From: the human T2T-CHM13v2.0 reference genome, Homo sapiens
Assembly: GCF_009914755.1 (NCBI RefSeq)
Contig: NC_060935.1
DNA: 64,000 nt
Direction: 5' to 3' (one strand)
Shown here: positions 31,109 to 45,204 of the stretch, piece by piece
How the letters are laid out: each line of letters begins with the position of its first letter
Position numbering within the stretch: position 1 is the first letter of the stretch
Made by a program: the position numbers and the translations under genes
The notes under the pieces: generated by a model
Database searches by the model: none
The model's input: the letters and a program-made list of their open reading frames with translations, nothing else
Told to the model about the DNA's origin: nothing

Positions 31109-34100
31109 GCAGAGTGACGGAATATGTTAAAAAATAAGCATGTTCCAACTATATTCTGGCTAAAAACGAGTCAATTTAGATCCAAAGACACAAATGGGTT
31201 GAAAGTGAAATGATGGAAAAATAGATTCCATGCAACAGCAACCAAAAAAGTGCAGCAGTGGCTACTAGACTTCGGGCAAATAGACTTTAAAACATAAAAG
31301 GTTACAAGAAATACAGGACATCCTACATTAATAAAAGTTCCAATATATCAAGAATATATAATTACAAAAATATAAGCATCTAATGCCAGGTTATCAAAAT
31401 ATATAAAACAAAAGCCTACAAACGAAAGGGAGAAATAGACAGGTCTATGATAATAGTTGGAGACTTCAATATCCCATACTAAATAATGAATAAAACAAAC
31501 CAAACATGATAAGGAAATAGAGGACTTAAACGATACAATAAACTAGCACTTCAGATCTATAGTTAGGCATGATATTGAGTCCATCATCAAAAGTCTCCTG
31601 ACAAAAGCCGTGGGTCTGATGGCTTAACTGTTAAAATTTGCCAAACATTTAAAGAATAACTAGCACCAATCCTTCTTAAACATTTAAAAATAATCCGACA
31701 ATAACAGAACACACATTTCTAATCAAGTGCGTGATCTTGAGATGCCAGGCTAGACCATTTATTAGGCCAAAAATCAAGTCTCAATACATTTACAAAGGTA
31801 GATATTAGATAAAGTGTCTTCTCTGGTCACAAAAAAAATGAAATTAGAAATCAATAAGAAAAGTAAAACCATAAAATTCACAGAATTGTGGAAATTAAAC
31901 AACACTTTAAAAAACAAATGGATCAAAGAAAACATCACAATGGAAATCAGAAAATACTTAGAGAAAAATGGAAAACAGCACAGTAAAACTTAGAAGAAAA
32001 AGTGCAAGGAATATCAGAGGACAAATTTATAGCTCTAAATGCTTACCTTAAAAAATAAGAAAATTCTCAAATCACAACCTAAGTTTACAACTTACGGAAC
32101 TTAAAAAAAAAAAAAGAACGAACTAAACCCAGTGGTAGAATAAAGAAGGAGATTATAAAGAGAACAGAGATAAACAAAAAAAAAATAGAAAAACAGGATA
32201 AAATAATAAAACTGAAAGATGATTCTTTGAAATGATCAAAAAAATTGACAAATCCTTAACTAAACTAAATGAGAATATGAGGTAAGACTGAAATTGCTAA
32301 AATCAGAAATAAAAGTGAGGACATTACTATTGATTCTACAGAAATAAAATAATTATAAAAGTGTACCATAAACAATTATATGACAAATTAGACACTCTAG
32401 ATGAAATCAACAATTTCCTAGAAACATGAAACTACCAAAAATAAATCATGAAGAAATAGCAAATTTGAATGGACATAATTAGTAATAAGATTGTTTTAGT
32501 TATAAAAAATCTCTTGACAAAAATGTCTTGGATCTGATGGCATAACAGATAAATTCTACCAAACCTTTGAAGAATAACTAGCACCCATCCTTCTCTAATG
32601 TTTTCAAAAAGTAGAAGAGGAGAGAATGCTTCTTAACTGATTCTATGAAGCCAGCAATACTATGACAACCAAGGTCAAAACAGACACTATAAGAAGAAAA
32701 TACTGAAGATCAATAACTCTTACGAACATTCATGCAAACATTCTCAAAAAATATTAGGAAACTAAATTTAGCAGCTTACCAAAAGGATTACATAGTAATC
32801 AAGTAGCATTTATTTATTGAATCCAATAATGATTCAACATACAATAATTAATCAATGTAGTTCACCGCATTAACAGAAAGAAAAAAAAAGAAACTCATAA
32901 TTATCTGAAATTGTGTAGGAAAAGCACTTGACAAAATGTAGCATACTTTCATGGTCAAAACACTCAGCAAAACAAAAACACCTAGACACCACAAAATATA
33001 CAAATGGCTATATATATATATATTCCACAGCAAATATCATACTCAATTAATGGAAAACTGAAAGCCCTTTCTCTAACATCAGAAAAAAGGCAAGGATACC
33101 TGCTTTAACCTTTCTATTCAACATAGTACAGAAAGTTCCAGACAGAAAAAAAATAGGTAAGCAAAAGAAATAAAGTCATTCAGATTGGAAAGCAAGTTAA
33201 ATGGTCTCTTCTGAAAGACTGGCAAAAAGAACAGAATATCAAAGGACTGTGAGGCAACCACAAAAAGTATAACATATATTTAATAACTATACCAGAAGGA
33301 GAAGATAGAAGGATAGAAGTTTTGAAAGAATAATAGCTGAGAATTTTTCCAAATTAATGTCAGACACCAAATCACAGATTCAGGAAGCTCAGAAAACATC
33401 AACTGGGATCAATAAACAACAACAACAAAAAACCCCAAAACCTTACACCTAAGCATATTATTGTCAATTACATAAAAATCAAAAATTAAGAAAAAATTCT
33501 GAAAGAAGCCAGAGGGGAAAAACGAAAGTAAGAATTATTTTAGCTATGACGAAAAAAATAAGAATTATATCCTAATTCACCTTAGAAATTATGCAAGCAA
33601 GAAGAGAGTACACTGACATTTTAACGTTAAGAGAAAAAAAATCAACCTAGGATTCTTTACCCTGTAAAATTGCCCATCAATTGTGAAGAAGAAATAAAAA
33701 CTTTTCTAAAAAAAAATGATGGAATTTGTTGCCACTAGACCTACTTTGGAAGATGTGTTTAAAGAAGATCTTTAGAGAGAAGATGAATAATATGATTTAG
33801 ATATTCAGGTCCATACAAGAAAGAAGGAGCACCAAAGAAGAAACAAGTGAAGGTAAAATAAAAACTCTTATTTTCTTTATTCTACATTAATCTAATATAT
33901 AACAGTTTATTAAAATAATAATAACAACTTATATTCCATTATATATACTTACATGTGCATATATATGTAAGTGAAAAGAATGACAGCCATGTTACAAGGA
34001 AAAGGGGGGAGGAATTAGGATTATTTTCCTATTATAAGCTACTCAGACTACCTGTGAATACAGTATTATTCAAACGTGTACATGGATTACTTGTAAATGT

Positions 34101-34348
34101 ATATTGCAAAATCTAAGAAAAACCAAAAAAGTAAATAAGGAAGTACATCTGATACGCTAAGAAAGAAGAAAAACAAAACATGACGTTCTCAATTAAAATC
34201 ACAAAAAGCAGAAAAAATGTAGAAGACAAAAAATAGCAAAGAACAAGGGCAACAAGTTAAAAGCAGCATAGAATATGGTAGAAGATAATCCACCTATATC
34301 ATTAATCTCTTTGAATGTCAGTGGTCTAGATTTACTCACTTTGGGGAG

Positions 34349-34646
34349 TTTTATTAAATTTATTTTTTAGAGACAGGATCTCACTTCATTGCCCAGGCTG
34401 GAGTGCACTGGTGTTCACTGCAGTCGTGAACTCCTGGACTCAAGGGATCCTCCTGCCTCAGCCTTTCTAGTAGCTGGTACAACAGGCATGAGCCACCATG
34501 GCCAGATTTTTTCTTTTTTTTTAATTTTGTAGAGATGGGGCTCTCACTATTGCCCAGGCTGCTCGTTAACTTCTGGCCTCAATGATCCTACTGTCTCAGC
34601 CTCCCAAAATGCTGGGATTAAAAGGCTTGAGCCACTGTACTCAGCC
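34349..34646 (-). mobile_element. AluJ
   Basis: gaactcctggactcaagggatcctcctgcc in the right arm; diverged. Confidence 0.9.
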
Positions 34647-36337
34647 TAAATGCACCAGTTAAAAGACAGAGTTTTCAGAGTTGATGAAAATATATGTTGT
34701 ATATACCAAAGTATAAAAAATCCCACTTTAAATATAGAGGGACATATAAATTAAATAAATGGAGAGAAATATACTACTAATAATCAAAATTATAATATAG
34801 CTTCATAATTATTATGAAGCAGCAGAAGCTATAGTAATTTGAGACAAAGTACACTTCAAAGAAAGGAAACGTATTAGTAATGAAGAAGGGCATTACATAA
34901 CCATAAGTGGGTCAGTTCTTCAAGAACACATGCAATCCTAAAATCAGAGTGTCAATATATGTGAAGCAGAAAGTGGTAGAAATGCAAAGATAAATAGCTA
35001 AATTTACTATTAACATGGAGCAGTTCAACAACACTATCAGAAATGGAGAGATCCAGCAGGCAGAAAATCATTAAGGAAAGAGTTGAACTAAGAAATATCA
35101 ATCACATGATATAATGCGCATGTGTCAACAGTTTTATCCAACAACAGCACGATAAATTCTTCTCAAGTTCACATGGAATGTTCACCAAGATAGATTCACA
35201 TCTGGGCCATAAAAACACAAATTTAAAAGAACAAAAATCATCTGATTCTGCTTTCAGACCAGACTAGAATTAAACTAGAAATCAATAACAGAAAGCAAGC
35301 ATGAAAATCTCAAAATACATGAAGAGTAAACAATATACATAATATACCAAACGTTTATGAGAGAAATAATGCCAAATCTCTACAGTCTCTTCCAGAAAAT
35401 AGATGCAGAGGGAATCCTACCTAATTCATCATATGAGGCCAGCATTATTACAGTACAAAAACTAAAAAAGATACTAGAAGAAAACTATAGATTAATATCT
35501 CTCATCAACATAGATACAAAAATTCTCAAGAAAACATTATAGGATCCAACAATGTATAAAAATAATTATACACCATGACCAAATGGAATATCCTAGGCTT
35601 ACAAAGCTGATTCAACATTTTAAAAATCAATCTATTACACCAACAGGTTAAAAATAAATTAAACGTGCAGAAAAAGCATTTGACAAAATTCAATAATCAT
35701 TAATAAAAACTCTAAGGAAACAAGAAATAGAGGGGAACTTATTCAATTTCATAAAGAATATTTTCTAAAAATCCTCTACAGCTGACATCACACCTTATGC
35801 TGAGAAACTAGAAACTTTCCCACAAAATTAAGAACAAAACAAATTTTTCTCTTCCCACCATTTCTTTTCATCATCATAGATGTCTTAGCTAATTCACTAG
35901 GACAAGAAAATAAAATAAGAAAATAAAAACTATATACAAATTGGGAAGGAAGAAGCAAAATTGTCTTTGCCAATGACATGACCATTTATGTAGAAAATCT
36001 GAAAGAATTAAAACTAAATGAACAAAAACAACTCTCAGAAGGAATAAACAATTACGGTAAAGTTGCACAGTCATGATGAATAAACATAAGTCGGTCCCTT
36101 TCCTATAAACTCACACTGAACAACGGGAATTTGAAACTAAAAACACAGTAACATTGACATAAGCACTCAAAATGGAAGATATAAATAAAATATGTACAAA
36201 GTCCATATAAGGAAAGTAAAACTTGGATGAAAGAAATCAAAGCTAAATAAAGACACAGATAAGAATATTATTGAATACTAAGAATAATATTGTCAAGCTA
36301 TCATTACGATTTTGATCTATAAATTTAATGTAATAAT

Positions 36338-36682
<345 letters not shown>

Positions 36683-37453
36683 TTATTTTGTGGGTATCAA
36701 CTTATTTTTAACTTTGTATAGGAAGAAAAAAGACCAATAATAGCCAACTCAATATTGAAGGAAATGAACAGAATTGTATGATTGACACACCCTGACTTGA
36801 AGCCTTACTATAAAGATAAAATGATCAAGACAGTGTGGTGTTGGTTAATGAATAGTCAAATAGATCAATGAGACAGAATGGAGATGTCAGAAATAGACAT
36901 ACACAAGTATAGTCAGCTTATCTTTTATAATGGATCAAAGGTGATACATACAGAAAAATGTCTTTCCAACTAAAGGTGTTAGAAAACTTGACATTCCCCT
37001 GAAAAAATAATGAATCTAAACACAGATATTATATTCTTAACAGCAACAACAAAAATTAAAATGGATCATGGACCTAAGTATAAAACACAAATTGGTAAAA
37101 CTCCTAGAAGAGAACTTTGGAGAAAGCCTACATAGTCTTTGGGATAGCAATGCCTTTTTATATGAACACCAAAGGCACAATCAATGAAATAAATAATTGA
37201 TAAGTTAGATTTCATTAAAATTGAAAACTTCTGCTCTGCAATGTCAAGAGAATGAGAACAGCCACAGACTGGGCAAAAATATTTGTAAAAGACACAGCTG
37301 ATAAAATATTATAATCCAAAATGTACAAAGTACTTTTGAAACTCCAAAATAAGAAAATGAGCAACCCAGGTACAAAATGAACAAAACAACTGAACAGACA
37401 CCCAGACATTTTATCAAGGAAGATGTAAGAAGTCATATCCAAATATGTCCAAC

Positions 37454-37454
37454 T

Positions 37455-37479
<25 letters not shown>
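37454..37479. repeat. (TA)n microsatellite
   Basis: Directly visible. Confidence 0.95.
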
Positions 37480-37486
<7 letters not shown>

Positions 37487-37688
37487 ATATTTAATTAGAA
37501 AATAGCAAATTGAAACAATGAGATGCCACTCCATACATATTAGAATGACAAAAATACAGAGCACTGACAATGCCAAGTGCTGGTGAGAATATGAAGCAGC
37601 AGGAATTCTCATTTATTATGGGAATGCAAAATAGTAAAGCCACTTTAGAGGAAGGTTTGGCAGTGTCTTCCAAAACTACACACACTCA

Positions 37689-37985
37689 TTTTTTTGCAGG
37701 GAGGAACATCGTCTCACTCTGTTACCTAGGCTGCAGTGCAGTGGTGTGATCACACTCATTGCAGCTTTGACCTCCCCAGGCTCAGGTGATCCTCCCACCT
37801 CAGCCTCCTGAGTAACTGGGACTATAGGCATGTACCATCACACCTGACAAACTTTTGTATTTTTTGTAGAGACAAGGTTTCACCATGTTGCCCAGGTCGG
37901 TTGCAAATTCCTGAGCTCAAGCGATCCTCCTGCCTCAGTCTCCCAAAGTGCTAGGATTACAGGCATGGAGCCACAGCACCTGGCC
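37689..37985 (-). mobile_element. AluJ
   Basis: ggctcaggtgatcctcccacc. TSD aaaactacacacactc / aagactacacataccc. Confidence 0.92.
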
Positions 37986-38630
37986 TAAGACTACACATAC
38001 CCTTACTATATGATGCATCAGTAGCACTTTTTGTATGTATATAAATACTTTGAAATTTTTTATCCACACAAAATCCTGCAACAGAGATGTTTATAGCAGC
38101 TTAAAAAAAAAAAAAAACTGCTTAAACTTGAAGCAACCGGGATATCCTTCAGTAGGTGAGTGGCTTAATAAACAGTGGCACATCTAGACAATGAAGTATT
38201 ATTGAGTTTTAAAATGACTTGATCTAACAAACCATAAAAAGACATGGAAGAAACTTAAATGGATATTACCAAGTGAAAGAAGCCAGTTTGAAAAGCTATG
38301 TCGTATAGTATAACAAATACATGACCTTCTGGAAAAGGCAAAACTTTAGAGACAGTAAATAGATAAGCGGTTATCAGAGGATCGGAGGGAGGAAGGAATG
38401 AATACGCAGAGCACACAGGAATTTTAAGGTAGGAACTATTCTGTAGGATACTATAATTGCGGATATATTTCATAAACATTTGTCCAAACCCATGTAACAT
38501 GTACAACACCAAGAGAAACTCTTATATAAATTATGGACTTTGGGTGATTATGAAGTAACAATGTAGGTTTATCAACTGTAACAAATGTAGCACTCCAGTT
38601 GAGGATATTGATAGTGGGAGTGGCTATGCA

Positions 38631-39824
38631 ACACAGCGATATTTCATTGATATCACAGGGCGTCAACACTATATATTATAAATACTGGAGTGATATTTCA
38701 TTGATATCACAGGATGTAAACACTGGATATTATAAATATCAGCAATATTTCGTTGATATCAGAGGGGGTAAAAACTGGATACTATAAATGGCGACATTTC
38801 ATTGATATCACAGGATATAAACATTGGATACTGGAAATATCACAGCCATATTTTGTTTATATCACAGGGTTAAACGCTGGACATTATAAATATCACAGCA
38901 GTATTCCATTGATATCACAGGGTGTAAACACTGGATGCTGTAAGTATCACAACAAGATTTCATTCATATCACAGGGTGTAAACATTGGATACTATAAATA
39001 TCACAGTGATATTTCATTGATATCACAGGGTGTAAACACTGGACATTATAAATATAACAGCGATATTTCATTGATATCACAGGGTGTAAACAATGGATAT
39101 TATAAATATCACAGTGATATTTCATTGATGTCACAGGGTGTAAACACTGTGTATAAATAAACACTGGATATTATAAATATCACAGCAATACTTCATCAAT
39201 ATCGCAGTGTGTGAACACTGGATATTAGAAATCTCACAGTGAAATTTCATGAGTATCACAGTGTAAGCACTGCATGTAAACACTAGATATTACAAATATG
39301 TGATACTTCATTAATATCACAGTGTATAAACACTGGATATTATAAATATCACAGTGACATTTCTTAATATCACAGTGTGTAAACACTGGCTATTAGAAAT
39401 GTCATGCAATATTTTATTAATATCACAGTGTGTAAACACTGGATACTAGAAATATCTCAGCGATAGTTTATTAATATTACAGTGTGTACACACTGGATGT
39501 TAGAAATATCACAGTGATATTTCAGGAATATCACAGTGTGTACACACTGGATATAAGAAATATTGCAGCAATATTTCATTGTTATCACAGTGTGTACACA
39601 CTGGATATAAGAAATATTGCTGAAATATTTCATTGTTATCACAGTGTGTACACACTGGATATTAGAAATATCTCAGTGATGTTGATATCACAGTGTGTAA
39701 ACACTGGATATTAGAAATATCACTGTGATATTTCATTAATATGGTGTGTAAACACTGGATATTAGAAATATCACAGTGATATTTCATTAATATCACAGTG
39801 TAAACACTGGATATTAGTAATATT
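38631..39824. repeat. 54-bp palindromic minisatellite, ~22 units, SATR1/SATR2-like
   Basis: Unit aaacactggatattataaatatcacagtgatatttcattgatatcacagggtgt. The 18-aa periodicity in the ORF track confirms a 54-bp period. Confidence 0.93.
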
Positions 39825-41367
39825 ATGGACAGAAATGTATGTATAATTTTTGTAACTTTATCTCAATTTTACAGTCATCCTGAAACTGCACTTTAAAAAG
39901 TCTTTGAAAAATAAAATAGAAAAAGTGTGCGTTTTGAATCCATTTGATAATAAATATATATACATGTCTAAATCTGTCTATGTATATCACAACTTTGATG
40001 CAGAAATTATATTGACTTAATCCAATCTATAGAAAAATGAATAAATGCCTATAAAAATACATAAATTGTGGTAGTTGAGCTTAAGGAAATTAGAGCTGTT
40101 AGGCTGCCTATCTTCTTGATTAATCACGACAAATCGATGTACATGCTTACGTGACACTGTTGTTAAACTTGTACAAAGGGAACTCAAGGCCAAGAGCTTA
40201 AGATATATAATAGGCATGTAGGAGACCTTTGAAACAGTCTTCATAAAACTCAGTGATGTGTGTGTATGTGTCTACTTTCTAATTTCAAAAAGACATGGCT
40301 TAAACATATGCCAGTCATTGTGAGTATTTTGTGTTTATAAATCTGAGCATTTTGAGTAAAGCCAGAGGTTTCAGGGTTAACTATTTGCCTAAAAGATTTT
40401 GTTGGAAAAGAGTGCAATTTCTGTTGTTGGAAGAAAATGTGCACTATTGCTTCTTTGCTGAACATGTCCCAGCCTCATGTCAATATAGAAGGGCTAGAAT
40501 GTGCCTGGTGTTCAGAATGGCTGTTTGCCAATTTAAAAGGTTTCTGAAAAGAAGAGAGTCTATTGTCTACTCTTTCAAATTACAGGAAAATGTATTGTTT
40601 GTGGAGCACGGTTCACAGCAAAAAAAAAAAAAAAAAAAAAGATTCTTGCTCACATAAATTTTGTCTTTATTTTTAACCTTTCGTTTTCTCTGTGAGCCAT
40701 CATTCTGTGCTTATGGGGGAAAAATTATTCTGGCCAGAAGATGAGCTACCACTTAAGATGGCCAGTCACTACTAGTGGTACAAACGGCGCTTCAACAGCA
40801 TTCTCATTTTCAGTTAGTCAATACAAGAACCGGAAAATAGTTCAGATCTGACTAGGGACTTAAAAAAAACAGATGAGAAGAAGATACAAACAAAAATATA
40901 AGGCATCAAACACCACAAATTACTTTTTGAGGTTAAAAAATAGGTAGTATTCAACAATGCTTAAGAGCTTAGACTTTGTTATCAAAATATTTGCAAGAGT
41001 GGAAGCAGCTGCAGCAGAAACAGTTATACACTAATATGCAAATTTTCTTTTTAAAAATGATGAGGAACATGAAAAATCTCTACTATTGAAAACATTTTCT
41101 TCAAATATTACATTTCTTTCAGAAACCTTTGATTATGTTTCAAATTAAAGAATTATTTCACTAAAATCTAGTACTCACATGTTACATTCATACATGAAAT
41201 TCTAATGCATGATTATATGAAATGTAAGCTTAGAATTTTATAAAGTGATAATGGGTTTGCATTAATGTGTGTAAACCAGTAAAAAGGTACCTTTTTGATT
41301 TTACTATGAGCACAGAATTTAGATTTTGGTCATATCCACAATAAATTTGCCAGTGGAAAATAGGTAT

Positions 41368-41720
41368 TGCTCTAGTCCATTCTCACACTGCTATGAAGAA
41401 ATACATGAGATTGGGTAATTTGTAAAGAAAAGAGGTTTAATTGACTCACAGTTCCGCGTGACTGTGGAGACTTCATGAAACTTATGATCATAACAGAAGG
41501 CACCTCTTCATGAGAGAGAGAATGAGAACTGAGCAAAAGGGGAAGCTTTTTATAAAACCATCAGATCTTGTGAGAACTCACTCACTATCATGAGAACCCT
41601 ATGGGGGAAACTGTCACCATGATTCAATTATCTCCACCTGGTCTCTCCCATGACACAAGGGGATTATGGGAACTACAGTTCAAAATGAGATTTGAATGGG
41701 GACACAGCCAAACCATATCA
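41368..41720 (-). mobile_element. THE1C/D MaLR LTR
   Basis: aaagaaaagaggtttaattgactcacagttc...ataaaaccatcagatcttgtgagaactcactcactatc...gacacagccaaaccatatca. Confidence 0.92.
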
Positions 41721-43271
41721 TTCCATATCATATCATTCCACCCCTGGTGCCTCCAAAATCTCACATCCTCACAGTCAAAACATAACTTTGCTTTTCCAAC
41801 AGTCCCCTACAGTCTTAGCTCATTCCAGCATTAACAAAAATGTCCAAGTCCAAAGTGTCATCTGAGACAAGGCAACTCCCTTCTACCTATGGGTCTATGA
41901 AAGTAACTAAAAGCAGATTAGTTACTTTCTAGATACAATGGGTATACAGGTATTGGGAAAATACATCTGTTCCACCCGGGAGAAATTGGCCAAAACAAAG
42001 GGGTATAGGACACATGCAAGTCTGAAATCCAATAGGGCAGTCATTAAACCTTCAAGTTCCAAAATGATCTCCTTTGATTGCATGTCTCAATCCAGGTAAT
42101 GTTGATGCAAGAGGTGGGCTCCCATGCCTTGGGCAGCCCTGCCCCTGTGGCTTGCAGAGTAGAGACCCTTCCCAGATGCTTTCACAGGCTAGTGTTGCGT
42201 GTCAGTGACTTTTCCAGGCATATGGTACCAGTTGTCAGTGGATCTACCATTCTGGGGTCTGGAGGATGGTGGCCCTCTTCTCACAGCTCCACTAGGCAGT
42301 GCCCTAGTGGAGACTCTGGGTGGGGCTCCAACCCCACATTTCCCTTCCACGCTTCCCTAGCAGAGGTTCTTCACGAGGGTGTCACCCTTACAGCACACCT
42401 CTGCCTGGACATCTAGTCATTTCCATACATCCTCTGAAATCTAGTTGGAGGTTGCCAAACCTCAATTCTTGACTTCTGTGCACCCACAGGCCCATCACCA
42501 CATGTAAGCCACAAAGGCTTCAGGCTTGAACCTTCTGAAGCAATGGCCTGAGCTGTAGGTTGGCCCATTTTAACCACACCTGGAATGCAGGACACTAAGT
42601 CCCAAGACTGCACAAAGCAGCAAGGCCCTGGACCTGGCCCATGATACCATTTTTCCTCCTGGGACTTTGGGCCTATGATGGGAGGGGCTTCTGTGAAGAT
42701 CTCTGACATGCCCTGGAGACACTTGCCCCATTGTCTTGGCAATTAACATTTGGCTTCTCGTTACTTACACAAATTTCTGAAGCAGGCTTGAATTTCTCCT
42801 CAGAAAATGGTTTTTCTCTTGCATCATCAGGCTGCAGATTTTCCAAACTTTTATGCTCTCCTTCCCTTTTAAGTGTAAGTTCCAGTTCCAAACCATGTAT
42901 TTGTGAATACATAAAACTGAATGCTTTTAACAGTACCAAAGTCAGCTCTTGAATGTTTTGCTCCTTAGAAATTTCCACCACCAGATACCTTAAATCATCT
43001 CTTTCAAGTTCAGAGTTCCTCAGATCTCCAGGACAGGGGTAAAATGCTACCAGTCTCTTTGCTAAAACATAACAAGAGTCACCTTTATTCCACTTCCCAA
43101 CAAGTTACTCATTTTCATCTGAGACTACCTCTTTCCTGACTTCATTATCTAAATTACACTATCAGCATTTTGCTCAAAGCCATTCAACAAGTCTCTAGGA
43201 AGTTCCAAACTTTCTCACATCTTCTTGTCATCCTATAAATTCTTCAAAATGTTCCAACCTCTGCCTGTTAC
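41721..43271 (-). mobile_element. THE1 internal region, truncated before the second LTR
   Basis: ccaagtccaaagtgtcatctgagacaaggc, gatctaccattctggggtctggagga; ends at cctctgcctgttac. Confidence 0.92.
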
Positions 43272-44760
43272 AATTCAGAGACGAATCCATACATCAAAAC
43301 TGAACTCATTTTTGACAAAGTTACCAAGAACATAAACTGGGGAAAGGACAGTATCTTCAATAAATGGTGCTGGGAAAACTGGATATTCATATATAGAAGA
43401 ATCAAGTTAGAACTTTATATACAAAAATAATATCAAGATATATTAAAGACATAAGTCTAAGACTTCAAATTATGAAACTACTAAAAGAAAACTTTGGAGA
43501 AACTCTCCAGGACATTGGACTGGGCAAAGACTTTTTGAGTAATACCCAACAAACACAGGCAACCAAAGCAAACATGATCTAATGAGATCCTATCAAGTTA
43601 TAAAGTTTCTGAATAGCAAAGGAAAAAAATCAACAAAGTGAAGAGACAACCCACAGAATGGAAGAAAATATTTGCAAATTCCCTATCTGACAAGGGATTA
43701 ATAACCAAAATATACAAGAAGCTCAAACAAGTCCAGAGGAAACAATCTAATAATTCAGTTAAAAGTAGGCAAAAGATCTTAATAGAAATTTCTCAAAAGA
43801 GGACATACAAATCGCAAGAGATATATGAAAAGATGCTTAACATTATTGATCATTAGAGAAATATGTGAATCACAACCACAGTGAAGTATCATCTCATCCC
43901 AGTTAAAATGGGTTTTATCTAAAATCAGACAATAACAAATGCTTTCAAAGATGTGGAGACAAGGGAATCCTTGTACACTGTTGGTGGGAATGTAAATTAG
44001 TACAAACACCATGGAGAACAGTTTGGAGGTTCCTCAAAAAAGGAAAAATAGAGCTTCTGTAACATTCAGCAATCCCACTCCTATGGATATACCCCAAAGA
44101 AAGGAAATTGGTCTGTCAAAGAGATACGTGCACTCACATGTATATTGCAGCACTATTCACCATAGCCAAGATCTGGAAGCAACAAAAGTGTCCATCAACA
44201 GATAAATGGATAAAGAAACTGCGCTACCTATACACAATGGAGTACTATTCAGCCATAAAAAGAATGAGATCCTGTCATTTGCAACAATGTGGATGGAACT
44301 GGTGGTCATTATGTTAAGTGAAATAAGGCAGGCACAGAAAGGAAAACTTCACATGTTCTCACTTATTTGTGGTAGCTAAAAATTAAAATTACTTAACTCA
44401 TGGAAGTAGAGAGTGGAAGGATGATCACCAGAGGCTGAGATGGTTGGTGAGGGGTGACGGGAGGTGAGGATGGTTAATGGGTACAAAAACAATAGTTTGA
44501 AAGAATGATTAAGGCCTACTATTTGCTAGCACAACAGGGTGTCTATAGTCAAAACTAATTTAATTGTGCATTTAAAAATATCTAAAAGACTATAATTGGA
44601 TTGTTTGTAACAAAAAGGATAAGTGCTTGAGCTGATGGATACCCCATTTACCCAGTTGTGATTATTATGCATTGCATGCCTTTATCAAAATGTCTCATGT
44701 AACTCTTAAGTATATATGCCTATAATATAGTCCCAAAATTTAAAAATAAAAAATAAAAAG
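43272..44760 (+). mobile_element. L1MA2-like 3' portion (ORF2 end and 3'UTR)
   Basis: IFDK..KNI.WGKDSIFNKWCWENW remnant; 3' end tgcattgcatgcct..aaatttaaaaataaaaaataaaaa. Confidence 0.9.
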
Positions 44761-45022
44761 CAAATAAAATATCTCCAAAAATGATAACATTTTTTAGATA
44801 TGAAAATGTTTTAATATAAAAGTATAAAAAAGGCTTCAGAAAGATGAAAGCAATCATAAGGCACTCATATATAAAGGAAATTTATTTCATTCTTTCGTTT
44901 GATGTTAAAACCTCTAGTAAATTATCACTTTATTGTTTCAATAAAATATAAAAATGCATATTAACTCTAACATACGTTGGGTTTTGTTTTGTTTTTTGAC
45001 AGTTTGAAGCCAACAGGTTCAA

Positions 45023-45204
45023 GGAAGAATCTGCTTACAAGCTCCCACAAGCTCTTGACAGAATGCATCTCTGCTTTGTTGTTGGTTGTAGAAATGAAGT
45101 CTCTGTTTTCGTTCTGTCTGTCACAAACATCTCACTGTGCTCCTGGAGGTCACTTGTAGTTCCTTGACACATGACTCTCTCCATACGCCCTGTAAGAACA
45201 TGTT
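45023..45204. repeat. 182-bp dispersed direct copy of 46487-46668
   Basis: 178/182 identical, no indels. Confidence 0.95.

Noticed and set aside
38631-39824. CRISPR-like array (regular palindromic repeats)
   Set aside because: Units are contiguous with no unique spacers, there are no cas genes, and the context is primate; it is a minisatellite.
40460-40469. GAACATGTCC p53 half-site in unique sequence
   Set aside because: No adjacent valid second half-site; expected by chance.
42078-42981. Cluster of 70-110 aa ORFs
   Set aside because: Fragments of the decayed THE1 internal region.
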